Positions 1-11,443 of a stretch of DNA of 34,519 nucleotides are shown piece after piece. A program made the position numbers and the translations under genes. Where the stretch lies: contig MU053504.1 of NCBI GenBank assembly GCA_013239625.1, forward strand, positions 2,426,607 through 2,461,125. The letters are read 5' to 3'. The stretch comes from Lama guanicoe. Its lineage: Eukaryota. Each line of letters opens with the position of its first letter. Within the stretch, counting starts at the first letter, position 1. The notes beneath the pieces were generated by a model. The model had not been told where the DNA came from, did no database searches, and was given only the letters and a program-made list of their open reading frames with translations.

Positions 1-150
1 ATATTTGGACAAGGTTTTCAGTGAAATTAGTTTCATGTGCAACTCCTTTGTATTTTATTTTATGCATTTGAAAGAGTGACTGAGAAGGGCTCCAGAAGGG
101 CTTCACCGGACGCCCGGGTAGTCCCTAGCACACAGAAGGTAAGAACTCCT
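1..150. mobile_element. hAT-Charlie type DNA transposon/MITE end
   Basis: Ends in ggtaagaactcctg, resembling the Charlie TIR ggttaagaacccctg, after a ctgagaaggg...ggcttcacc segment typical of the family. Confidence 0.55.
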
Positions 151-1119
151 GAGTGAAATGTTGACCAAGGCTTGCCCCGTGCCAGGCACTGTGCTGGGCT
201 CACATCAAACATGGCCCTTCTCCCTCGGTAGCAATGCGGACCAAATATCATGGGAATGCGGCGGGGTGATGGTGATGTTGGGGTAGGGGGCTTCCAGGGG
301 TCTCAGAGGATGGACAAGAGCCAGGCAGGATGAGGAAGGTATCAGGGTATCAGGAATGGAAGGGACAGGTTGGCAAGAGGATAAAAGTCTGGGGCCCGAA
401 AGATATGCTCAGAAAACTTCATTTGGGACAGATGTTCAAGGGCCTTAAATGCTGGGAAGTTTGGCTTTTATTTCGTGGGCAGTTAGGAGTCATGAATATT
501 TGTAAGCAGGCAAGGGAGCTTAGAATTGAGCCTCCATAAACACAATGCCCATGGGCTGTTTGAATGCAGAACAGTGGGGCTGTCCCAGTGGAAGTGGGAA
601 GCGGTCAGGGAAGGCTTCTGGGATGGCTTTGCAAGGAGGCAGAGTGCCAGGCAGGAGGGGTGGGGGGCACTTGGGTCTGAGCTGTGTCATGAAGACCCTC
701 CTTCCCACAAACCTCTCCTCCGGCTTCCCCATCATGGCCCTGAAGGAGTCATGTCTCCAAAAGGCACTCAACACAAAGGCATCATCCAGGAAGCAAAGGC
801 CACTCTCTCACCCTCACTCTCAGCAGCAGCAGGGGTCAGGGGTAGGGGGCAGGGGTGTCCCACCCCGGGCAAAAGTCGCAGGTGTCAGCCAGGCTGAGCA
901 GGCCAGGGGGAGTGCTCCTTGACAAATCATGGGACTTGCTTTCTCTCTTTTTTTGTCCCCAGAGAAATAAGAGCAGGATCTCCTACTGGGGAGCAGAGGC
1001 ACCACACCCCGTCTTTGACCTGGGGGCCCTTGCATATTACCCATCTCCCATCTGGTGGGAATTCCTGGTACTAAGGGACACTGTGGAGGAAGAGGGGTGT
1101 CAGGCAGCACTGCGTGGCA

Positions 1120-1290
1120 CAGGCTTTTCAAATCTTGGTCACCCAGCCCTGAGCAGGTTATTTGGCCATCTAAGTCTCATTTTCCTTGTCTGTGAAATAC
1201 AGACAACAGTATTTCTCTGGAAGGGATTTTGTGATGATTTATAAGTTTCAGGGTATAGGACTCAGCAAGTTTGTAATAAATACTGGAGTC
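1120..1290 (+). mobile_element. MIR SINE, degenerate
   Basis: Core ctaagtctcattttccttgtctgtgaaat resembles the MIR core ctcagtttcctcatctgtaaaatg. Confidence 0.6.
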
Positions 1291-1897
1291 TATTCACCTC
1301 CCCCCCCCCACCTATTTCTCTGGCTTTTGGGAAAGGAGACCTTAGCCCTCGGTAGGGACTGTGTTCCCAGCTCTGGACAGTGGCCAGAAACAGAAGCCAA
1401 GACCTGGTGGGTTTAGGGGAGGCTGGGGCATCAGAGTATCTTACGGAGACAATTTCCCTTGGGAGAAGTGTTGGGCAGTTGTCCCTTGAATGTGGGGGAC
1501 ACCAGGTTGACCTCAGCCTCCAGGAAGGCAGCCTTCCGAACAGCATCCCTCAGTGGCTGCAAAGTAAGACAGAGTGCTGAAAATAACTTCCTGACTCAGG
1601 CCACAATTCTTTTATATTTAGGCCAGGATGACAAATCAGTGGACTATGCTTTCAGCAGCGAGCCTGAAGCTGGCCAGAGGGCATTGTTATCAGCGTGGTT
1701 TTGATTCAGATTGGTGGGCAACGTGGCATATTGTAGTTTGCTCTGGGTCTTGTTGTAAACATTAACATTTTAACTTATGCTCAACCAACCTATACGGAAG
1801 CCTGCTGCCAGCTGAGAATTTCTTACACACAAAGGAGCTGGGATTCAAATTCAGCCTTTCAGCCCGAAGTTTTTCCTACTGTGTTCTGCTGAGGTTC

Positions 1898-2380
1898 TGT
1901 CTTACTTTGGGCTTTCCCAGAAGTAGACCCTTGAGACAAAGATTCAAATGCAAGTTGTTAATTTGGAAGGTAAATGAAGTATCAGTAGTAAAGTGTGATG
2001 AAGAGAGGGAAGAGAAGGAAGCCAAGAAAAGGAGAGTTAGTTAGCAAGTTAGTCACTGCTGTGGGCAACTGGGATGCAATCGCACTAGGAGCTCTGGGAG
2101 ACTGTGGGGAACAGGAACCTCAGAGTTATCGCAACAGTGGGGTGAGGGAGGCGGGGTATCTATACTCCCATTCCTGTCAGTCAGCTGCTCCTCAGGGTGT
2201 TAATTTTCTACAATTTCTGCCTGCTGTATGGATGGACAATGAGGATTTTGCTGGTTAGAGAAAGCCTCAAGCAAAGAGACGCAGGCAGCTGCTGGGGTGG
2301 AAGGTGACCTGTTGGAGGGGCCTCTGTGGGGAGATGGGGGGGAGTGGGGAGATGGTGGGGCACCAACAGCATCTGCCACA
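1898..2380 (-). mobile_element. ERVL solo LTR (LTR16/LTR33-like)
   Basis: The minus strand starts tgtggcagatgctgttggtgcccc and ends ...tgtctcaagggtctacttctgggaaagcccaaagtaagaca; TG...CA termini match the LTR16 group. Confidence 0.7.
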
Positions 2381-2726
2381 ATTTTGTTTCATTTGCTCTC
2401 TGCCTTCTGTGCACAGACATCTTGCCTGGAAAATACAGACGTCTGTGTCTTGGGCTCCAGCTTCCAGAGGCAGCCGTTCCCAAGAGACTTTTACTGTGTT
2501 CCCTTCACATACAGCAGTTCTGAGCCTCACACCTACTTCCACCCAGAGTGCTGCAGTCTGCCTCCTCCACTTCCTTGCACCCCACCTCACTCTTTGCTGC
2601 CTGCCTGCCTGTCCCAACATTCTCTCAACTGCCCACAGCCTCCTTCAAGGATTTCTGGGTTAGGGGTGGGGAGATGGTGGGCACTTCCCTCTCCTTTGTC
2701 ACGGATGAGGTGGGTAACTGCCTTAA

Positions 2727-3342
2727 TGAGACAGGAGGGAAGGGAGCAGGGCACAACCATTAAAAGAATGACACAGCAATTGAGGAGAGGACATAAACTG
2801 GTTAGAACCAACTAGGCTCAAAATGGCAGAGGATTTGACTTCCCTTAAGCCTCATTACGTGCTCATTGTAATGTATTAGCCTGCTAAATGACACACCCAC
2901 AGGTGCCATGACAGTCCCGAGGCTGACCATAGAAGGCCCAAGAGCAGGCAGGGACCCAATTCCAGGAAATCCCTGCCCCTTACCCCAAATAGTTGGAATA
3001 ATCCTCCCACTTGTTAGCATATGAAATTACCCAGCCCATAAAAAAACGAAACACCCTTGCACCCCAGGGCCTCTGCCTTTTGAGACGGCCCACACTCTGC
3101 CAGTGGGATGTGTATCTCCTAGGCCCCTCTCACTTTCCAAGATGATCCCATCTCCCGGGGCCACGGCTCTTGCCTTCTGAGGCAGCCCGCACTCTGTCCA
3201 TGGAGTGTGTATCTTCCTGACTAAACTTGCTTTCACTTTACTCTGGCTCCTTCTTCAATTCTTTCCTGCATGAAGCCAGGGACCCTCACTTGGCAGGGTG
3301 CGTTCCAGGGACCATCCTCGGGCCCCCATTTCTCCTGCAACA
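2727..3342 (+). mobile_element. ERV1 solo LTR, MER41-like
   Basis: TG...CA termini with cttaa/ctgaa flanks (possible degraded TSD). MER41-type blocks: ctaaatgacacacccacaggtgccatgacag, aataatcctcccacttgttagcatat, taaacttgctttcactttactct, and the 3' end cctgcaaca. Confidence 0.8.
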
Positions 3343-4059
3343 CTGAAACCCTTGAGGATGCTCGCAGGCATTATCCCTGCAACACTGCCCTGCTGTAGGG
3401 GCATCAGTGGACAAGCCCTTTCTCAGCAACTCCCAACTCTCTCCTCCTCCAGCTCCTCTGCGTTACGGCTTTTCAGGTTGGCCATCTGTTTCGCCTGTCT
3501 TGCCTTCTCATTCCTCTCCAGCTGCCTGGCACATGCCTCTGCCAGTCCTCGAAGCCCAACTACAGGAAAGCCTCAGTGGGGACGTGGGGCTCTGAGACAA
3601 GGCCCCTGCCTCCCAGTACCCAGCAGCCCCCTTCCTCTGCCCCAAGCCGCGCCCCCCCCTCCCCACTTTGTCCGCAGCCTTTCTTGCAGCGTAAAGTTCA
3701 GCTGTGCTAACTCATCTTGGCAGTTGTCACCAGAAACAGAGCCACTCACAGGACATCCTCCCTCAGCCTCCCACCATCCGGGCACCCAGCACCACCCCCT
3801 TGTTCTCCCTTCTCTTGTGAGTCCCGAGTCTCTTCTGTCTTCATGTGCATCAGCCACGTGGCCACACTGACTTCTCCTTGCCCTCTGGCCACAGCAGGCT
3901 CCAGTCTTGTCTGTGTGCTTTTGTACAGGGTCATCCTGTAAATCAACTGTACGTCAATAAAAAAACTGCAATGTTCACCACCCCATACTCCCCACCCCGG
4001 GACTCTATCCTTGGCCCTTGTCACCTTCTCCTGCACTAGCCAAGTAATTCTTCATTTTG

Positions 4060-4197
4060 TCTAGCATCTTTCTCCCTGCAGTCGGAGTCCATGGGGCAGG
4101 ACTAGCGTCTGTTTCGCTTGGTGCTGTACTTTCACTGCCCAGAAGACCTCATGAGCACCCTGAACACACAGTAGGTCCTCAGTTTGCTGAGTGAGTC
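4060..4197 (+). mobile_element. L2 LINE 3' tail
   Basis: ccatggggcaggact...cacacagtaggtcctcagtttgctgagtgagt follows the L2 tail pattern. Confidence 0.55.
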
Positions 4198-4719
4198 TCT
4201 CTTTTCTAATCTATATGTCCAACTGGTCACCACGTCTAGTGCATTCCATTTTCTCTCCAGCAGGGTCCCTCCCTTCACCTGCTTCCTGAAACCTTTGCTT
4301 AGTCTGGCACCTCATTTTGTTTACATGGCTATAAAAGCTCACCAAGGGGTCCCTTGTCCTCTCTACTCTGCACACAGCTGCCAGAGAGTTACTGAAAAGA
4401 ATGGTTTCTCTCCTTTCCCCTCTGAAAGCTGTTAGTGGCGTCTAATGGCTCCGAGGAATAAACCCAAATTTTCTCGTGTGGCATTCCAGTCTTTTTAGGA
4501 CACCGTGCTGTCTTCAGCTTATCTCCCTCCAAATTTGGCCACGCAGCCACAAGCATGTCTTCCCCCAGGGGCTGGGCTCCTTCCGCCTTCCTGCTTGGCC
4601 CCAACTTCTCCCAAGTGCTTCCTCCCACCTCTCCCTCCAGCCCAGGTCAGGTGTCCGCCCCCACCAAGCCTAAGTTAGGTGCCCTTTGACCCCTGCTTGC
4701 ATTTTAACAAATACAATTT

Positions 4720-4858
4720 GTTACTGCTCTATCTACTCTCCTAGGCCCTAGGTTTCTTGAGGGCAGGGATGGGGTTAATGATTCTTTTCATCCCAGCCTC
4801 GAACACAAGTGCCTGACCCAGCGCAGGGGCTGTACAATGTCTGCTGAGTGAGGGAATA
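4720..4858 (+). mobile_element. L2 LINE 3' tail
   Basis: ttcttgagggcagggat...cacaagtgcctgaccca...aatgtctgctgagtga. Confidence 0.6.
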
Positions 4859-5689
4859 AGTGGTCTGGGTGGGTGTGGGTAGCCTCTCAAGTGAGGAGGA
4901 AGGAAATGGGAGCTCATGCTTACTTTCTGAGTGTTCAGGACCTACCAGGCTCCACGCTGGTCAGGCTAAGGACAGACTTTTATACATAGACACAGCGTCC
5001 AGGGATGCCAAACATCACTGGTCAGCAGAGGAAGGACCTCTCCTCTGTCAGCAGGTAACCCCTCGCTATGGCTTGCTGGCTGGGCCAGGCTGGCCTAGAC
5101 ACTGGTGGGGAAACTAAAGGCAGCCTGTGAGGTTAGGGGGAGTGTTCGCAGCCTGATTACAGGCCACTCCCCTCTCCTAAGGAACGGCAGTGTCCTGGCC
5201 CAGGAGATGCTGCTGAGATGCTGAGTGAGGCTGGAGCTGGCCAATCTGGCCAAGCCTCGCTGAGGAGTGACAGTGTGGAAGCCAAGGGGCGGACGCTGTG
5301 ATCAAGAGCACTCTTCTGCCCTTACCAGAGGGGTCTTGTTCTTGGCAGAATATCAGAATTCACAGGCAGTCCTGCTCATAGCTTGCAGCCAACCTTGAAA
5401 TATCAGGCTGCACCCCAGCCTTTCTCCTTTCCCACTCCCTCCATCACTGATTTTTCCACCCACAGGCAGCTACTTTCTCTAGCCAGAAAGAAACAGAGGG
5501 GTTAAAATGCCATGTTCTCTTGGGTATTCAGGTTTTTTCCAGCCAGCAGGGCTCAGAGAGAAGGAATTCCTAGCCCTAGACCTTCTTTCTCTCTCCCAGT
5601 TCTTCCAGCCACTCGGTGCTCTGACTCTGGAACACAACAGCACTTTCCCCAAGAGAGGCTGGGAAGCAGGGGACCTCTTTGCTATATTC

Positions 5690-5880
5690 TAAAGGGTCAG
5701 ATGAGCCTCTCTGATAAGGCACATTTGAGCTGAGACCTGAATACCCTGTGAGGGAGTGAGTCATGCATCTCTCTGAAGAAAGAGAACTCCAGACAGAGGA
5801 AGGGGCTTGTGCAAAGGCCCTGGGGCTGCAGGATACCTGGCAAGTTGGAGGGCCACCAAGAAGTTAGGATTGCTGAAACA
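5690..5880 (-). mobile_element. L2 LINE fragment
   Basis: cctctctgataaggcacatttgagctgagacctgaa...tgcaaaggccctgggg, a typical antisense L2 segment. Confidence 0.65.
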
Positions 5881-7519
5881 GGAAGGGGGAGGGAGAGAAT
5901 GTAAGAGATAAGGCCATTTTTAGGCAGAAATAATCATGGAAGGCTGTCAGAAAGAGTTGACCTGAATAGGGTGCAGGTCTCAGATGGATTGTGAAGACAT
6001 GGAGGGATCAGTTGAAGGTCCTGTGGGGCTAGCTGTGCCAAACCAGATCTCTTGAATTCCCTGCATTGCCAAGCTTCCATGCAGAGAGGAAACTGGTGGG
6101 TCCTTGGGCTCAAGATGGATAAGTTGCAGATCAGAAGTCCTTTGGTGCCGCCATGTTTGCCTTAGGATCCTTGACCTCTGTGGGGCTGACCTAGAACTAC
6201 TTGCCTGGCCCTGGACACCTTCCATAGCTGCTGGGATTGGTGGGGAGGGGCAGTTCCCATAGCCACAGAGGCTGCCTGGTGGGGCCCAAGGCAGGGAGGT
6301 GAGTCACTGACCTGTCCAGTGTCCTACATGCGCCCCCCAATTCCCCCTCAGCTCTTTCTCCTCTTCTCCCTTCTTTCTTTCCACCTTCCCTCTCTCTCCT
6401 TTCTTTCCGCTCTTGTCACTTCTTAATTCATTTACTTCCTGATCTGCGGCCCTGAAGTGGCCTCACCCCAAGTTCTGAGTGCCCAAGACCGAAGTCCCTG
6501 CCAAGTGGCCCTTGTGCTCAGCTGAATAAGACTCTGGTCTTAGCATGAACCCCTCAGCTCTGTAGCCACACTGACAAATGGCTCCTGAGTCTGGGCAGAT
6601 CAGTGCTTTTACCAGAGGTGAGAAGGTGGCCAGACAGGGCTCACTCTGTCCAGGAGTCCAAGCACTGAGCTGCTGGGGCACTGCCCACTAGGAAGCCAGG
6701 CTAATGTTCTGCAGGGTCACCACCTGCAGAGTGAGGGCAGGCAAATCTCCAGCATTCAAGGAGCCCCTTTTTAGTGGGCACACAGCTCACAAAGCAGGAT
6801 GAGGCAGGGCTCAGGTGGGGTCAGAGACGGACTCAGGAACTCAGAGACTTTCCCATGAGGAGGGGGCTCAAGGGCTCTGGGGGTCCATGAGAAGATCAAG
6901 CCACGCAGGACATGGTCCTGTCCCGTGGCACTGCTCAGGGCCCTTGTGGCCAGGACCTGGGGCAGAAGGGAGCCGGGAACGGACCCTGGTGAAGGCGTGC
7001 AGGCACCGAAGCATTTTGTGAGATTTGAAGCTTAAAACTGACCTTTAACCCTGGCTCCAGCCAGACCTCTGACCTCTGACCCCTGACCCAGGCAGGAAGT
7101 AACAAGGACTTTAGAGCCAGAGTGCTTGGGTTCCAAACCCAGCTCTGACATCTAGGCTTAAGATTAACACCAGAATATTTTTTAAAGACCTAAGTAGCAA
7201 GGGATATTCTTGCAAGAAGGTGGAAAGGAAGAAAGATTACAGTGAGAAGACGGGAACAGAGTGAGGGTGAAGGGGCTACAGGTCGAGGGTGAATCATTTT
7301 TAAGAGGTGTTGTGGACACATCTCTGTGCTGTGTGAGCGGGCAGGGGAGAGGTGGAGATAAGGAGGGCCGAGCAGTCATTGACAGAGTAAAACCCCTTAG
7401 GAAGGAAAGAGAGTTGAGAGAGATCTGAGCCGACAGGGAAACTGCAGGACTTCTGGCACATGGGGGCTGCCCCGAGGAGGAGGCCTGGCTATGGAAAGGG
7501 TGATTTTTTTTATTTTAGC

Positions 7520-7718
7520 GAGTGCTCATCTAGACACCAGTTTGCATTGGTTCACAAGAACTGATTGTTAAATTTTCAGGAACTCTGCAAGCCAGCTGAC
7601 GTCTCTTTGGTAGCCTGAAACTGACCGTGGTGGGAATATTTGCATCATGGAAATGGGCAGATGCTATAAATTAGCCCCTACTCCACACCAAGTTTTATAC
7701 ATTTAGCAGCACACACTG
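7520..7718. mobile_element. MER63A-like hAT-Blackjack MITE
   Basis: gattgttaaattttcaggaa, ttggtagcctgaaa, ggtgggaatatttgca and the terminal acatttagcagcacacactg match MER63 consensus blocks. Confidence 0.7.
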
Positions 7719-7841
7719 TGAACCACATGGAGGAACGGCCAGATTCAGGGGTTGGGGTTCACAGAAGTAGATGGAGGCGAGGCAGTTATAGACGGCAAGA
7801 GAGGGTAAGGTGGTGGGTTATGGCACTAGTTGGGGGGGGGG

Positions 7842-7911
7842 NNNNNNNNNNNNNNNNNNNNNNNNNNNNNNNNNNNNNNNNNNNNNNNNNNNNNNNNNNN
7901 NNNNNNNNNNN
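7842..7911. other. Assembly gap (70 N) flanked by G10 runs
   Basis: Seen directly in the sequence. Confidence 1.
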
Positions 7912-8369
7912 GGGGGGGGGGTCTTACTGACCAGAAGACAAGGGGAGGGGCAGGGATGAGAAGGCTTGGTCAAGGTTGGGGTCAGTGAGCAGGTATGACT
8001 GGAACCAAGGAGTAGATGGACTTGCGTGGCAGAGATTCACTGAGGATTTGGGAGGACATAGATGAAGGTGGGCACATGGGCCACGGCACGACCCTGGGAG
8101 GAAGGGTGGAGGGGGAAGTCAGGGTCAGCATGGGTCAGCATGGGTCAGCCTCAGGACAGTGGAGTCACACCAGTGACTACGGCAGAGATGAGAGTGGGGG
8201 CGAAAGCATGTGACCCCAGTATCCTGGACTTTAATGAATGAGGCAGAGCGATCAACAGTTCATTAGATGTTTGTGACAAACATCTGAGCAGGACTTGGGC
8301 AGAGGACAAGACCCTTAGGGGAGGAAGGATCTGTGCTCATCTGACGACAGAAGTCCACCACTATCAGTG

Positions 8370-9632
8370 GTATATTTTTCTTTTATGCCCCGCCATCCCC
8401 CCAATTTTTTTTCCTAGCTCTGTCCATGAGTCAGTGGCCAACTTAGTATCAATGCACAGCCAAGAGCTCAGATGGTGGTCTTTAAATTTTCATTTTCAAC
8501 TAAAAGAGACCACTTTAGAGAAACAGTGCAGGGCAACAAAAAGTACAAGCTGAGCCTGAAACATCTTATGAGACCAGAAAGCTCAAGACTCTGGGTTGTG
8601 CCAAAGGTCCCAGGAGCCAACATGAAAGGTCACTCATTGGCCAACCCCTCAAAATGATCGATGTCTGTAATGTGTGACAGATTTAAAAATCACTTCATCA
8701 CGTACTAAAAAAACCCCTATTGGTCCCCTTTGGAAAGACTGCTAGGAAATTGACTCTTCTCTTGATAAAGGGGAGTACTGAGCAGTTCTGCTTTTTTTAT
8801 ACAGATGTTATTTCAAGTGACCAAATAGCCAGTGGTGAACTGTTTTTAGAATTTTTAGTCTACAAATGCGGAAGGAATGACAGAATTTGGATATCACCAC
8901 TTTTTAAAGTGATATAATGGGTCCAGGCCATGGTCAATGGCTGCTAAAACCAGCAGGTGAAAGGCTGACGGGACATTTTATCGTGGACAGATGAGGCTGA
9001 TCACGTCTGAACCCCTGATCAATCTTAACATCACGAAAGGGAAGAATTCTTGCCCTAAGCACTGAACTTGAATGTGATCAAGCCAGTTTACAGGAAGTAC
9101 AGGGAACATGGGGACACATTAAACGGTACTATAGAGATGCAAACTGCGGACTGGTGGCAACTCCTTCAAGACAGACAATCTGGTTTCTTGACCAAATGGT
9201 TGAAAAGGAAAATTTGGGGAAGGGGAATCATCAATCAAAGAAACTGAGGAGGCAATTCAGTTGCATGCAATATACGTGCCTTTTTTGGACCATGATTCAA
9301 ACAAATAAACTAAAAATGTGTAAGGCAATCAGCAACTATTCAACATTAAGATATTTGATAATATTAATCAATTATTTTTATGTGTTATAATGGACTGTGG
9401 TTTTTTTTTTAAGTTCTAGAAATACATACTGTGGAATTTACAGATGAGCTGATAGGGTGTCCAGGATTGTCTTCAAAATAATAAGCAAGTGAAAAGTGAG
9501 TGGGGACTGGAATGAACCAAGCCTTGGGTTGATAGCAGTTGAAGCTGGAGGTACCCAGGGGCCATCACACTGTTCTACCTACTTATGTATGTGTTTGAAA
9601 CTATCCATGATTTTTTTAAAAAGAAAAAAAAA
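8370..9632 (+). mobile_element. Old L1 3' UTR (L1MC-like)
   Basis: ttcctagctctgtcca...aagtacaagctgagcctgaaacatctt, aacccctgatcaatcttaacatcac, and an A-rich tail at ~9617-9632. Confidence 0.7.
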
Positions 9633-9774
9633 CCCTAGTTCATTGCTTGTTCATAATAATCACTAAATTAATGTTAGCTGTTATGCTTAAAAAAATTTTA
9701 GGTCACATAAATGAGGTGGGGCACACTCAGTGCATCGCTAGGGAGAGGGGGTCCTGCTTCACACAGAGGGTGGT

Positions 9775-10035
9775 ATGCTAAGTGAAATACGCCAGTCACA
9801 GAAGGACTGCAGGATTCCACTTCTAGGAGGTATCTGAAATAGTCAAAGTCAAAGAATCAAATGGTGGAATGCTGGGGGCTGGGGGCTGGGGGAAGGGAGG
9901 ACCGGGGAGTTGCTAATAGCGGGCATAAAGCAAGATGAAGAAATTCTGGACAGCCTCGTGCCTACAGTGACCGATCCTGTGCACTTAAACATTTGTCAAG
10001 AGGGTACATCGCATGTTAAGTGTTCTTACCACGGT
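9775..10035 (+). mobile_element. L1 3' end (L1MA/L1MB-like)
   Basis: atgctaagtgaaatacgccagtcacagaaggac...aagagggtacatcgcatgttaagtgttcttaccac. Confidence 0.75.
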
Positions 10036-10454
10036 GATACCACTGCTACTACTACTGCTGCTACAATCGAGGGCTGTGCTTTGTCACCCAGATCCTTGGA
10101 GTGGCAGGGTGTGACGAGGCTGTGGGTTCTGCCACTCTTTCCCTCTGCACACACACACTGACTGAGCACCAACCATGTGCCAGATGCCACAAAGGCACAG
10201 ATAGAAGATGTAATGCCATCCTCTTCTTTAGGCTTTTGGGCACAGTAACGCCGCCACCGAGGACCTGCTGCGACGCATGCCCCGCCTCTCTCCCTGCATC
10301 TGGGGATGCACACCCTGAATGCACCCTCCACACCCGCCTGCCAAAGTGTGCTTTCCAGTCTAGACACCAATTCCTCAACCTCCTCTTGCCTCCTCCCGCC
10401 TTTTCTCCTTCTTTCCCTTTCTCACTGTCACCTGCGCGCTCTCCCTCTCTCATT

Positions 10455-10885
10455 AAGCATAAGATACTGACAGTCAGGTTTACAGTATGTACTTTTTATA
10501 AGCACAGACGGATGATGTTACATGTGTATACACCGATGTAGCTACCACTCAGACCGGGACGGAGAATGTTCCCAGCCCTTCAGAAGGTTTCTTGGACCTC
10601 TTTTCTAGGCAATACCCTCCGTTCCCATGACACACTCACACACGTCGCCGTTGTCTTGATTTTTATCACCATTGCTTTGCTTTGCCTGTTTTTGAACTTC
10701 AGATACACAGAATCATATGGTACCTATGCTTTTAATTTCAGATCTGGTTCATTTTGCCCAGCATACTGTCTGTGAAATTCATCCACATTGTTGTGGACAT
10801 TGAGTTTGTTAATTTTCCTGGTCGGGCAGTAGTCCAGTCGATGAATACACCGTGATTTATTTATCCATTGTCATGTTATTGGCAT
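10455..10885 (-). mobile_element. Old L1 3' end (L1MB/ME-like)
   Basis: ttttgaacttcagatacacagaatcata...gtgaaattcatccacattgttg...tttatttatccatt. Confidence 0.65.
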
Positions 10886-11426
10886 CATCTTGTGACCCCT
10901 CTTCTCATAGACTTCACATTTCAGGTCCCCCAAACCACAGGACACCCCCAAATACCTCCACTCCTCCATGCCTACGTATGTAGCGTTTCCTCTGCCCTTA
11001 CAGGTAACAGCATGTGTGAGAATGCTGATGACCACAGTCCACTGTGACAAAGCTAAACGCAGAGTGTTTGGGGAGCACGAATAAGCACCTGGCTAAACCC
11101 GGGGCTGTTCAGGGAGGCACCATTATCACAGGGCCTAGATTGATAGTACAGGACGTAGGACAGATGGCGGGGAGTGGGGGCCTGAAACCCTGGCTGGAGT
11201 GCCCTTGTCCTGGGACTTCTATCACCTGCACATCTTGACATGTATTTGGAAGGGGCCCGTGGGCTCTGAGCCTCTGAGCCTCTGAGGCTGTTCTGTGTGA
11301 CCCACATGTTCCGGAGGCTGACTCAGAGGCCGGTGAGGCTCAGTGACCCACCCAGCAAAAGAGAGTTGGGAGTGCAAGCTGGAGGTCTGCCTGTGGTCAC
11401 TAGGAATGACAGGGCTGGGGCTGTCC

Positions 11427-11443
11427 TGTGTGTGTGTGTGTGT
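11427..11443. repeat. (TG)8 microsatellite
   Basis: Seen directly in the sequence. Confidence 0.85.

Noticed and set aside
9279..9288. CArG box CCTTTTTTGG
   Set aside because: A single match inside an old L1 fragment with no supporting context; expected by chance.
11264..11286. (ctctgagc) x ~3 tandem repeat
   Set aside because: Simple slippage repeat with no motif of note.
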